IMG/VR virus record: IMGVR_UViG_3300044769_000137
Strand: one strand, 5' to 3'
DNA from: a virus
DNA length: 35,292 bases
Shown here: positions 8,171 to 16,037 of the stretch, piece after piece
How positions within the stretch are numbered: position 1 is the first letter of the stretch
Layout of the letters: each line of letters begins with the position of its first letter
Notes under the pieces: generated by a model
Databases searched by the model: none
What the model saw: the letters and a program-made list of their open reading frames with translations, nothing else
What the model was told of the DNA's origin: nothing
Program-made: the position numbers and the translations under genes

Positions 8171-8695
8171 CTATGTCTGCGTGCCCACCTTCGTCCACGT
8201 CGGCGCGTAGGTGGTCCCGGTGTTGATGTACAGAATCCCATTCGTGATGTCGGTCAGCTGGGCGCCGATGGCCGCGCCTCGGCCGGTGGCGTCCACGCCC
8301 GGGGTGGTCTCCGCCACCGCCAGGGTGGGGGCCGTGCCGGTCAGGGCGCTGGTGGCAGTCAGGGTCGAGACGGCCATGCGCGCCAGGGTGCCGCCGTAGG
8401 TGAGGGTGACGGTGCCGATACCGGCGGTCAGGGTGCCGGCGGTGGCCACGATGTCCCCGGCCGTGCCGATCGCGTCGAGCGCGGCGTTGATGGCGGCCAG
8501 GAGCGTGGCGTTCACGGCCGACCAGGTGATGGCCGCCGTGTTACGGCCCTCGCGGGTGAAAGTGAAGGTCCCGGCGGTCGGGGTCCCGCCAATGGTGAGG
8601 GTCTGCACCTCGTTGGTGCCGGCCGAGGGCGCCCCCGCGGACTGATAGCCGCTGAGGCCGCCCGGCATGATGACGCCGCCGCTGATGACTGGCAT
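8171..8695 (-). CDS. Head decoration / head-fibre-like protein (174 aa)
   Basis: Lies immediately after the major capsid gene with an AGGAGGAGG RBS. The NEVQTLTIGGTPTAGTFTFT...AITWSAVNATLLAAINAALDAI motif recurs in capsid-accessory proteins of high-GC phages, as far as I recall. Assignment is positional. Confidence 0.5.
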   Translation of the reverse strand: MPVISGGVIMPGGLSGYQSAGAPSAGTNEVQTLTIGGTPTAGTFTFTREGRNTAAITWSAVNATLLAAINAALDAIGTAGDIVATAGTLTAGIGTVTLTYGGTLARMAVSTLTATSALTGTAPTLAVAETTPGVDATGRGAAIGAQLTDITNGILYINTGTTYAPTWTKVGTQT

Positions 8696-8724
8696 GGACC
8701 TCCTCCTGAGCTTCCGCTAATCGG

Positions 8725-9987
8725 CTAGATCCCGGTAATGGTGCAGAAGGCCGCCGCCCGGTAGATTTCCAGGCTCAGCCGTTCCTCAGCTCGGACCAGC
8801 ACCTTGTTGTAGGCAAAGAAGGTGTCGTGCTCGGTCGAGACGTCGATCTGGATGCCCTGCCGTCGACTGATGTGCGAATACAGCGCGAAGTCGCCCAGGA
8901 TGGCGGTGCCCTCAGTGGCAGCCGGAGTGACGACCACCGGCATCCCCCACATGCGCTCGATCCCCTCGTCGGTGGGGCTGCCGAAGATGTAGATGCCGTC
9001 GGCGGTCCGCAGCAATCGAATGTCCTGCCAGTCGTTGGGGTGGATCGCCATGCCGTTGGGGTCGGCGTAGCCGGTGTAACGCACCTTGGTCATGCCCTTG
9101 AACACCGCATCGGGGGTGGGGTCCGCCCCCTTCGCCTGGGTCTGAATGCTTGGCTTGTTGTAAAAGCCGGTCAGGTGGGGCGAGGTGCCGGAGCCGGTCA
9201 GGAGCTCGACCTCCTCCGCCAGCTGCACCATGACAGTCAGGCGATTGTCGATCAAGCTCTGCATGGCCGGCACGTCGTCGAGCTGCTGGTTGGTGACCGG
9301 CAGCGTGGTGGCGATCACCTCCACCGGCACCAGGCGCTCGGTGAAGGCCAGCGCGGATTCCGGCTTGGCCGCGTTCTCCGCGACGGCGGCCGCGTTGTTG
9401 GTGAAGGTGGTCTCCTCCATATACCGAATGGCGGAGAGCGTCGTCGGGTCTTGCGGGATCAGGTCGGCCACCATGGGGCGACGCTGGGCCGACAGCACCA
9501 CGCGCGGGATGCGGGTCGCCTCCGGTGCGAAGCCGGCGGTCAGGGTCATCACGGTTTTCATGTCGACGTCGGGGAGCGAGACCCCGAAGTGCGCCATGGC
9601 GGTGCCCTTCTCCTGCAGGTAGGCCGGATGCTCGGTGAAGAGCGTGCCGAGCGACTTGGCCGCCCGCTCGTGGAGGTCGCCGCCGGGCGCCCCACTGCCC
9701 GCCTCCGGCCGGGGGTGGACGAAGTGCTGGCCGGGCTCGTGGAGCCACCGCTGGCGCTCGGCGTTCTTCTCCCGCAGGTCCTCCGCCTCCCGCAGCGTGT
9801 CCAGCTGCTTCCCGAGGTCGGCGAGCTCGTCGTTCCGCCGTTTGATCTCGGCGGCCTTGGTGGCGGTATCGCCGTCGACGTAGCTCACCTTCGTCAGGTC
9901 AAGCTCCGGACCGGCCTCCTGGAAGATGCGCTCCAGCTGGTCCGATTTGGTGATGATCTCCCCGCGCAGCTCGACGAGTGTAGGCAT
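8725..9987 (-). CDS. Major capsid protein, HK97 fold, with N-terminal coiled-coil delta/scaffold domain (420 aa)
   Basis: Follows the prohead protease. The N-terminal ~100 aa are coiled-coil (EIKRRNDELADLGKQLDTLREAEDLREKNAERQRW). The C-terminal body is typical of the HK97 family (...IRLLRTADGIYIFGSPTDEG...GMPVVVT...). AGGAGG RBS. Confidence 0.9.
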   Translation of the reverse strand: MPTLVELRGEIITKSDQLERIFQEAGPELDLTKVSYVDGDTATKAAEIKRRNDELADLGKQLDTLREAEDLREKNAERQRWLHEPGQHFVHPRPEAGSGAPGGDLHERAAKSLGTLFTEHPAYLQEKGTAMAHFGVSLPDVDMKTVMTLTAGFAPEATRIPRVVLSAQRRPMVADLIPQDPTTLSAIRYMEETTFTNNAAAVAENAAKPESALAFTERLVPVEVIATTLPVTNQQLDDVPAMQSLIDNRLTVMVQLAEEVELLTGSGTSPHLTGFYNKPSIQTQAKGADPTPDAVFKGMTKVRYTGYADPNGMAIHPNDWQDIRLLRTADGIYIFGSPTDEGIERMWGMPVVVTPAATEGTAILGDFALYSHISRRQGIQIDVSTEHDTFFAYNKVLVRAEERLSLEIYRAAAFCTITGI

Positions 9988-10001
9988 CGGGTAGTTCCTC
10001 C

Positions 10002-10739
10002 TTACCGTGCGCCAAGTCGGGCGCGGATGTGGTCGTACTGCAGACGCAGCAGTTGCCCCGCCCGCTCGGGCGGTTCCGCCGGGGGCTCCGCGAGGAGCGT
10101 GGCGGTGAGGTAGGGGTGCAGCTCCTTCAGGAGCGTGACGTGCTCGGCGGAGAGATCGTGCCCGGCCTTCAGCGCGGCCAGGACCTCGCGCAGGGTCGCC
10201 GGCTCCAGGTCGTCGGCGGACTTGATCGAGAGCAGCTCGGTGGCGTCATTCGCCCCCACCAGGACGGGCGACCACTCGTACCACTCCCCGCGCACGAGGT
10301 CCCGCACCCCGGTTTTCTTGTCGTGGGCGTCCTCGAGCACGCGGTAGCCGATGCTGAACTCGTCGATCGCCCCGAACTTGAGGTTCGAGTACGCCTCACG
10401 GCCGGGCTGGGTGTCCAGGTTGAACTGGCCCTTCACCCACAAGCCGCCCAGGTGCGTGAGCGAAGGCGGCAGGCGCGGATCGCCGGGCAGGAGCTCCTGG
10501 GCGTCGAGCGTCTTGGCGATCGGCGTGAGCCAGTCGTGGCCCCACACGCCTTTGGCTTTGGGGCGGCCGTCCGGGGTGCGGCGGCGGGCCAGGGAGTCCG
10601 CGAAGAAACCGGGGAGGACCCGCTCCCCCTGCGCGTCGACGTTCCCGAAGACGCTCGCAATGAGCTCGGCGGTGCCGGTGGCGTCGTCGAGGACCTTGAA
10701 CTCCGCCGCGTCGAAGGTCTTGCGCTCCCGCTCGGCCAT
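10002..10739 (-). CDS. Prohead maturation protease, HK97 family (S78) (245 aa)
   Basis: The opening FKVLDDATGTAELIASVFGNVDAQGERVLPGFFADSL is typical of the family, and the gene sits between the portal and MCP genes. There is no canonical SD; the AUG is preceded by U6 and a hairpin. Confidence 0.9.
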   Translation of the reverse strand: MAERERKTFDAAEFKVLDDATGTAELIASVFGNVDAQGERVLPGFFADSLARRRTPDGRPKAKGVWGHDWLTPIAKTLDAQELLPGDPRLPPSLTHLGGLWVKGQFNLDTQPGREAYSNLKFGAIDEFSIGYRVLEDAHDKKTGVRDLVRGEWYEWSPVLVGANDATELLSIKSADDLEPATLREVLAALKAGHDLSAEHVTLLKELHPYLTATLLAEPPAEPPERAGQLLRLQYDHIRARLGAR

Positions 10740-10790
10740 AAAAAAGTGCCCCCGATGCTGCGACTAACGGCCACAAAGCAGCGTGGGCAC
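10740..10790 (-). promoter_or_regulatory. RNA stem-loop plus U6 abutting the protease AUG (translation-occluding structure or intrinsic attenuator)
   Basis: Minus-strand GUGCCCACGCUGC - 16-nt loop - GCAGCAUCGGGGGCAC, with 11 of 13 stem positions complementary, then UUUUUU and AUG. The GGGGG SD-like run lies inside the 3' arm. It sits in the only 93-nt gap of the structural operon. Confidence 0.55.
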
Positions 10791-10832
10791 GAATTTCAGG
10801 TTTAACGGTTTATGGGCAGGATAGTAGCACGT

Positions 10833-10997
10833 TTACGGCGAGGAGCCGCTCTGGTTGCGGGTTTTGCAGCGCGGACAGGTCAGGGCCCAGGGGCGCGTCG
10901 CCTGCTCGAGCAGCAGTTTGCCGCAGGCCGAGCAGCGGATCAGGGTGTCGGTGACCAGCACGGCCTTGGTGGCCGGCGGCCCCTTGACCGCCTTCAC
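10833..10997 (-). CDS. Mu Com-like zinc-ribbon protein (54 aa)
   Basis: VKAVKGPPATKAVLVTDTLIRCSACGKLLLEQATRPWALTCPRCKTRNQSGSSP carries the RC..CgKLL and CPRCK..N signatures with CxxC-x15-CxxC spacing. GTG at 10997 overlaps the upstream stop (GTGA). The track start at 11081 is unlikely. Confidence 0.7.
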   Translation of the reverse strand: MKAVKGPPATKAVLVTDTLIRCSACGKLLLEQATRPWALTCPRCKTRNQSGSSP

Positions 10998-11128
10998 CCC
11001 GTCCCCAGGAGACGATCCAGGACGGCCACCGCGCGGGGCTGGGTGATGAGCCAGAGGCCGACGACGCCGCCGAGCACACACCCGAAGACACCGGACAGCG
11101 CAATCACCAACAGATCCCCTGCCGTCAC
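10994..11128 (-). CDS. Small single-pass membrane peptide (44 aa)
   Basis: VTAGDLLVIALSGVFGCVLGGVVGLWLITQPRAVAVLDRLLGTG. GTG at 11128 overlaps the portal stop (GTGA), and its own stop overlaps the Com-like GTG. It is the only plausible part of the 525-aa track ORF 10994-12571. Confidence 0.45.
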   Translation of the reverse strand: MTAGDLLVIALSGVFGCVLGGVVGLWLITQPRAVAVLDRLLGTG

Positions 11129-12483
11129 GCCGGCACCTCCACCTCGCCCAGCAGCGCGCGGATGTGGCCGTTCAACGCGGAGCCCTCCGGGCGCCCCACC
11201 GGACGCGCCACCTGCTGGGTGGCCTGCTGCTGGTCCTCCGGATCGGTCCCCACCGGGATCACCTGCAACGACCGCGACAGGACATACACCTCGTCCTCCG
11301 GGAGGATCGGATAGCCGAGCTCGCGCTTGGCCTGGCTGCGGCTGATGAGCCCGGCCCTCCACTGCCCGATGATGCGCTCCGATTTGGCGTTCTCGTCCTC
11401 CTGGAGCACCCGCACCTGGCTGAGGTCGAACCACACCCGCCACTGCGTCAGCTCCATGAAGTCGCCGAGCAGCTGGTTGGTCAATTCGGTGGCGATCTCG
11501 CGGTACAGCGGGATGATGGTGGACTCGAACGCCTCCTCCCGGTATTCCTTCAGGGTGGCGCCCACATGGGTCGACGTGAGGCCGACCCCGAGGCCGACCA
11601 CGGCCGCGTTCACGCCCAGCACCGCCGTGATGCGCTCCTCCGGGATGCCCCGCAGGCTCCGCATGTCGAGCTCCTGGGGCGAGAATCCGAACTGGTCGAC
11701 CTGGATCTGGCCCTCGAGCACCAGGGGCTCGCCCCGGTGGCTGCCGGTCGTTTTCTCCATGAAATCCCGCTTGATCTGCTGGCCCACCGGGGCCGGAATC
11801 GAGCCCTGTTTGGGAGAGAGAATGATGCCCGGCACCCCGAGATTTTCGAGGAGCGTGGCGGTCATGGAGGCCGCCGCCTCGTCGGTCATCACCTCGCGCA
11901 GCAGGCACTGGACCGGCGCATTCCCGAGGCGCGGATCGAGCGGGTCCATGCCGTCGGGTAAGCGGATCACGTCCTCGTAGCGGAGCTCGAGGACGTCCCC
12001 GCCGTTCGGGGTGTAGCGGTAGTACGTGATGAAGTCGTCCCCCTCGCTCATCGGCGTGATGGTGGCGGCCGGAGCCCACCAGAGCTCGACCACGTTCCCG
12101 CTCGTCGAGCGAACCTTCACCACGTAGGAGATGCCGTTCAGGATGCGGTCGGCGATGAGGCCCTTGAAGAGCGTGATGCCCGAGTAGTAGCCGTTGGGGC
12201 GCGTCAGCAGCCAGAGCGCCGAGCCCGGCCACATCTCCGCGTGGGTGATCCAGCCCTGCTGGGTGCGGTCCCACTGCTGGAGGACCACCGGCGCGTCCGT
12301 AAAGTTGCGCTGAATCCACCGCACGCAGGCCACCACGATGCCGGACTGGTCCGCCCGCACCCCTCGGAGCTGCGCCACCCCCGGCCAGTAGGACCAGCTG
12401 CTCGAGACCCTGTGGCGCATCTTCGTCAGCGCGGTGCGCGTGGTCCGCTGGATGTACTGCAGGATGTTCGTGAAGATGCTCAT
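11125..12483 (-). CDS. Portal protein, HK97 family (452 aa)
   Basis: Follows TerL. ATG at 12483 overlaps the TerL stop (ATGA). Size and sequence character are typical of Phage_portal. Confidence 0.9.
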   Translation of the reverse strand: MSIFTNILQYIQRTTRTALTKMRHRVSSSWSYWPGVAQLRGVRADQSGIVVACVRWIQRNFTDAPVVLQQWDRTQQGWITHAEMWPGSALWLLTRPNGYYSGITLFKGLIADRILNGISYVVKVRSTSGNVVELWWAPAATITPMSEGDDFITYYRYTPNGGDVLELRYEDVIRLPDGMDPLDPRLGNAPVQCLLREVMTDEAAASMTATLLENLGVPGIILSPKQGSIPAPVGQQIKRDFMEKTTGSHRGEPLVLEGQIQVDQFGFSPQELDMRSLRGIPEERITAVLGVNAAVVGLGVGLTSTHVGATLKEYREEAFESTIIPLYREIATELTNQLLGDFMELTQWRVWFDLSQVRVLQEDENAKSERIIGQWRAGLISRSQAKRELGYPILPEDEVYVLSRSLQVIPVGTDPEDQQQATQQVARPVGRPEGSALNGHIRALLGEVEVPA

Positions 12484-14222
12484 GCGCTCCCCCAGGCCCA
12501 CGGTGCGGCCTCCGCCGGCTTGGCCACCAGCACCCGCACCACCGCGTCGAGCAGGGCGGACACGCCGTCAATGCGGCGGCGATGCTTGTAGGCGTCGACC
12601 TTGACCGGCTTCCGCGCGCCGTCGCGGGTCTCCTCGACGGCGGTGTTGCTGACCATCCAGCGCAGGATCGGGTTGCCCCGGTGGCGGAACTGGCCGGCGG
12701 CGAGGGCGCGCTCGACCTCCGTCACGGCCGGCGACAGCGAGCTAAAGGTCTGCGGGATCAGCACGCATTCCGGCCCCAGGTCCGCGAGCAGCCCGAGCAG
12801 CGTGGTGCTGTTCCAGGTGTCGAGGTCGATCTCGGTGGCGTCGGCCGCGAAGGTCTTGAGCTCGTCGGCGATGGCCTGGTCGTCGCGGTAGTCGCCCGGC
12901 GTCGTCAGGAGCCAGCCGTCCTCGATCCAGGCGCGGTAGGGCACCCCGTCGCGCTCCTCGGCCTCCTTCACCAGGTCCTCGGGAATCCAGAAACGGGCGT
13001 CGACGTCGAGCCCGCCGTCCGCGCCGCGTGTCACCTTCACGGCCGCCGAGAGGTCCTGGCGGCCCCCTAAGTCGACGCCGACATACCGCTCGCCGGTGCG
13101 GCGGAGCTCGGGGGATGCCGCCGCGTCCCATTTGGCGAGGTCGAGCCAGGCGGTCTCGGACTGGGTGTCGGTGTCGAGCCGCAGGCGGATGAAGGCGTTC
13201 CGTCGGCCAGGGGTGGCGATCGCCTTGTCGCGCTCGGCGATCAGCTCCTCGAGCTGGACGGTGGCGCCTAAGCTCGGGTTGCCCTTGATGTAGACGGTCG
13301 GGTCTCTCCAATCGTCCTCGGGGTCCAGGCAGGCAATGTAGGCGAACAGTCGGCCGTCGATCGGGCCGCTGGTGAGCGCCTTGCGGGCCCGCTCGTCGGT
13401 CTCGTTGTAGATCGAGGCGCCGGCCACGCCGGCGGTGGTGATAAACAGGATAAGCGGCTGCTCGCGGGCGCCCATCGCCGTTTCCATGGCGTCCACCATG
13501 CTCCTATCGCGGTGGACGTGGAGCTCGTCGAGCAGCACGCAGCTCGGGTTCAGGCCGTGCTCGGACTGGCTATCGCGCCCCAGCGCCGCAAACTGGCTCA
13601 TGGTCTCGTACACGATCAGCTTCGAGACGGTCCGCAGGTGGGCCACGCGGTTCGCCAGGAGCGGGTTGCGCTCGACCATCTGCTGGGCGACCGTCCACAC
13701 CTGCTTCGCCTGGTCGCGTTTGGTGGCCACCGAGTACACCTGCGCGCCGCTCTCGCCGTCGAAGTCGAGCATCCAGAGCCCCACGCCACCGGCGATTGAA
13801 CTTTTCCCACACTTCCTGGCCACGCGGGCGTAGGCCTCGCGGTAGAGCCGCACCCAGCGGCGGAGCTGCGGGTCGTAGAGCTGCCAGCCGAACACGCTGC
13901 CGACGACGAACGCCTCCCAGTCCAGGAGCTCGAGCGGCTGCCCGGCCCAGCGGCCCTGGTACTGCTGCAGGTGGCCGAAGAAAGTGAACACGGCCTCGGC
14001 CTCGGCCCGATTCCAGCGCAGGTCGGTCCGCGTCTTACTAGCCACCAGATCGAGCAGGTCCAGATGCCGCTGGCAGGCCAGTCGCACGTACTGCCCGGCC
14101 ACGATGGCGCCGGAGGTGACGTCGAGCGCGTACTGGGTGGCGCGGTCGGGCTTGCGGCCCCGACGGACGGGCGTTTTGGGGGACGGAGTGGGAGCCTCGG
14201 GCGGGCGATCGAGCGTAATCAC
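12480..14222 (-). CDS. terL: Terminase large subunit (580 aa)
   Basis: Terminase_1-like. P-loop-like VARKCGKSSIAGGVGLW, followed by an acidic VLLDELH Walker B-like motif and a C-terminal nuclease region. GTG at 14222 overlaps the TerS stop (GTGA). Confidence 0.92.
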   Translation of the reverse strand: MITLDRPPEAPTPSPKTPVRRGRKPDRATQYALDVTSGAIVAGQYVRLACQRHLDLLDLVASKTRTDLRWNRAEAEAVFTFFGHLQQYQGRWAGQPLELLDWEAFVVGSVFGWQLYDPQLRRWVRLYREAYARVARKCGKSSIAGGVGLWMLDFDGESGAQVYSVATKRDQAKQVWTVAQQMVERNPLLANRVAHLRTVSKLIVYETMSQFAALGRDSQSEHGLNPSCVLLDELHVHRDRSMVDAMETAMGAREQPLILFITTAGVAGASIYNETDERARKALTSGPIDGRLFAYIACLDPEDDWRDPTVYIKGNPSLGATVQLEELIAERDKAIATPGRRNAFIRLRLDTDTQSETAWLDLAKWDAAASPELRRTGERYVGVDLGGRQDLSAAVKVTRGADGGLDVDARFWIPEDLVKEAEERDGVPYRAWIEDGWLLTTPGDYRDDQAIADELKTFAADATEIDLDTWNSTTLLGLLADLGPECVLIPQTFSSLSPAVTEVERALAAGQFRHRGNPILRWMVSNTAVEETRDGARKPVKVDAYKHRRRIDGVSALLDAVVRVLVAKPAEAAPWAWGSA

Positions 14223-14686
14223 GCGGTCCCCCGCTTCCGCTGGCGCAGGCGGGCCAGGGCGTCGGCGTCGTCCTCGGCGGGCTCGGTCAGGTTGGGCCGC
14301 ACGCCGGGGAACTGCGGGCGCGCTCGGCTCGAGGGGTCGAGGCCGAAGGAAGCAGCCAGAGCGCGCATTTGGCCGATCTCCGCTGCCGACATGAACTTAC
14401 CGTCGGCCAACAGGTCGAGAAACTTCGCGTGAAGCGCGCAGTAGACGGTGAGCTGGAGGTCATCCACCACCGTGATAAGTCCCGAATTGGCGAGCGACTG
14501 ATGGATCAGATTCCAGGTCCGTTTGGCGCGTCGACTCAATTCCTTGGGTGGCCGGGGGGTCTCCGGGGTCGTTGGCGGCAACGCCGGTTGGATCTCGTCC
14601 ACGCGAATGGGACGATTCCCCGCCGTCCGCCCGTTCGGCTTGGCCTCCAGGCGCTTGATGGCGGTGGGCTTCGCGCGGCCGGTCAA
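14219..14686 (-). CDS. terS: Terminase small subunit, P27 family-like (155 aa)
   Basis: ...RRAKRTWNLIHQSLANSGLITVVDDLQLTVYCALHAKFLDL...MRALAASFGLDPSSRARP is the typical P27 TerS pattern. TTG start overlaps the HNH stop (TTGA). Confidence 0.8.
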   Translation of the reverse strand: MTGRAKPTAIKRLEAKPNGRTAGNRPIRVDEIQPALPPTTPETPRPPKELSRRAKRTWNLIHQSLANSGLITVVDDLQLTVYCALHAKFLDLLADGKFMSAAEIGQMRALAASFGLDPSSRARPQFPGVRPNLTEPAEDDADALARLRQRKRGTA

Positions 14687-15120
14687 CGGCGAGCCCCCCG
14701 CGACGACGGGAAGGAAACGCTGTGCGTTTTGCTGTCAGTGGTGGTGCGGTTGGGTTCCCCCCGAAACAAATGGCCTGCCGTAACTGGTTCTGACCGCTGC
14801 TGTCGAGCGTGGCGCCCCTGCTGGGCGGTGAGCTTGGCATGGCAGGCGTGGCAGGTGCCGCGCAGATTCTCTCGGTCCTCGCCACCGAGCAGGTAGCGCG
14901 GCCGGATGTGGTCGACCTCCACCGAGGGAGCCACCCCACACAGACGGCAGGTGGGCTCCTCACGCAGCACGCGCAGGCGCAGCTGGGTCCACCCAGGTGG
15001 GTGCGGGCGGTCCACCGGCCGGGCCCACCGACGGCGCGTGTGGGCCGGGCACCAGCTCACGTTCGGTCCGACGAGGACGCCACAGCCAGCATGAGCGCAG
15101 GGGTGCGAGGGTGCGTGCAC
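14683..15120 (-). CDS. HNH endonuclease associated with the terminase (145 aa)
   Basis: CRLCG...VDHIRPR...NLRGTCHACHAKL is an HNH motif, in the classic HK97-like position upstream of TerS. GTG start preceded by GGAGGGAG. The C-terminal ~40 codons look like read-through of non-coding, lower-GC DNA. Confidence 0.85.
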   Translation of the reverse strand: MHAPSHPCAHAGCGVLVGPNVSWCPAHTRRRWARPVDRPHPPGWTQLRLRVLREEPTCRLCGVAPSVEVDHIRPRYLLGGEDRENLRGTCHACHAKLTAQQGRHARQQRSEPVTAGHLFRGEPNRTTTDSKTHSVSFPSSRGARR

Positions 15121-15138
15121 GGGTCGGTGTCTCCCTCC

Positions 15139-15486
15139 TCAGCTGGTCGGGTCGGGCGGCGGGTCGGGCTCGGCGCGTCGTCGAGGACGGGCGGGCTCGG
15201 CGGGCGACTCGGTAGAGGGAGCGTTCGATTCGGCGGTATCGGCCGCGGGAGCTTTCGCCCGCGAACGGGAGGCCCCCGAAATGGCAGGCTCGGCAGGTGT
15301 GCCATGCACCAGGGCGGCGGCCAGCTCCTCCCGTTGGGCGTCTAAGTCGGCCGCTAACTGGCGAAGGGCGCGGGGATGGCCGCGTAACTGCAGGAGGATG
15401 CGGGATAACCCGGCCAGCAGGGTGACGGCCGAGGCGACGATCTCATCCTGCTCGGCGACGGCCTTCCGCAGCTGCTCGACGCGCAT
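15139..15486 (-). CDS. Hypothetical coiled-coil protein (115 aa)
   Basis: ATG at 15486 (MRVEQLRKAVAEQDEIVASAV...). Helical N-terminal half, Pro/Ala-rich tail. The track N-terminal extension is Pro/Arg-rich junk. Confidence 0.5.
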   Translation of the reverse strand: MRVEQLRKAVAEQDEIVASAVTLLAGLSRILLQLRGHPRALRQLAADLDAQREELAAALVHGTPAEPAISGASRSRAKAPAADTAESNAPSTESPAEPARPRRRAEPDPPPDPTS

Positions 15487-15490
15487 CGAG

Positions 15491-15580
15491 TTATCGGGCG
15501 GTCGGAGTCGGCTCGGGCTCCGGTTCGGGGGAGGGCGCGGGTTCGGGCGTGGGCTCGGCACTCAGCAGGGGATCGACCAT
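15491..15580 (-). CDS. Possible 29-aa Pro/Glu-rich micro-ORF
   Basis: A very strong RBS (GGAGGAGGAG) lies 3 nt upstream of the ATG at 15580 (MVDPLLSAEPTPEPAPSPEPEPEPTPTAR). The low-complexity product makes it uncertain. Confidence 0.25.
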   Translation of the reverse strand: MVDPLLSAEPTPEPAPSPEPEPEPTPTAR

Positions 15581-15653
15581 GATCTCCTCCTCCGGGTGGT
15601 TCAGCTTCCCATAATCGTGAGAATGGGCGGACTTCTGGCCGAGAGTTTGCGCC

Positions 15654-16037
15654 TTATGCGCCGGAACTGTCAATTCGCGTGCCTGCGCGATGCACCGCCT
15701 CAAACTCGTGGGCGCGCACCCACACACAATCGGGACGGTGCACAACCGTGTCCGAGCTCGCCCCGTGCTCCCCACAATGGACACACCAGTAGTCACGCGC
15801 ATCGACGCCGTAGGGGTCGGACTCCGCCAAATCCCGCACGACCGCGAACTGGGCTCCCCACGAATCGGCCAGCTCCTCCCGCTGGGCAGCGACCCCCGCC
15901 ACATGGCCTGCCTGGTACCCGGCGAGGTAGAGCACGGCGCGTCCGTGGGGATCGTCCTTCCCAACCTCCGGCATGGTGAATTGTCCAAACTGCTCCCACG
16001 CCACCTTGCCCTGCGCTCTGGCACGCTCGTCGGTCAT
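15654..16037 (-). CDS. Hypothetical protein (127 aa) with a Cys/His cluster (WCVHCGEHG...HRPDC)
   Basis: ATG at 16037 overlaps the upstream stop (ATGA). The sequence is protein-like. Confidence 0.6.
   Translation of the reverse strand: MTDERARAQGKVAWEQFGQFTMPEVGKDDPHGRAVLYLAGYQAGHVAGVAAQREELADSWGAQFAVVRDLAESDPYGVDARDYWCVHCGEHGASSDTVVHRPDCVWVRAHEFEAVHRAGTRIDSSGA

Noticed and set aside
10740-10832. Whether the low-GC 93-nt gap encodes a tRNA or small RNA gene.
   Set aside because: No cloverleaf arms, T-loop (GTTCRANNC) or acceptor pairing could be found on either strand. A single long hairpin adjacent to the AUG explains the structure better.
10994-12571. 525-aa minus-strand ORF overlapping the portal and TerL genes. 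The same issue applies to the 372-aa (4612-5730), 319-aa (5091-6050), 767-aa (30743-33046), 301-aa (20360-21265) and 280-aa (15654-16496) track ORFs.
   Set aside because: Only the 3' portions are protein-like, and each has an internal ATG/GTG that overlaps the upstream stop codon. The upstream extensions overlap well-supported genes in another frame.
15654-15680. TTGACA hexamer (minus strand, 15668-15673) as the late promoter upstream of the packaging genes.
   Set aside because: No acceptable -10 lies at 16-19 nt (GCAAAC at 17 nt). The only AT-rich hexamer (GATTAT/TATGGG, near 15607-15615) lacks a -35. It is left as an unannotated gap that probably needs an activator.
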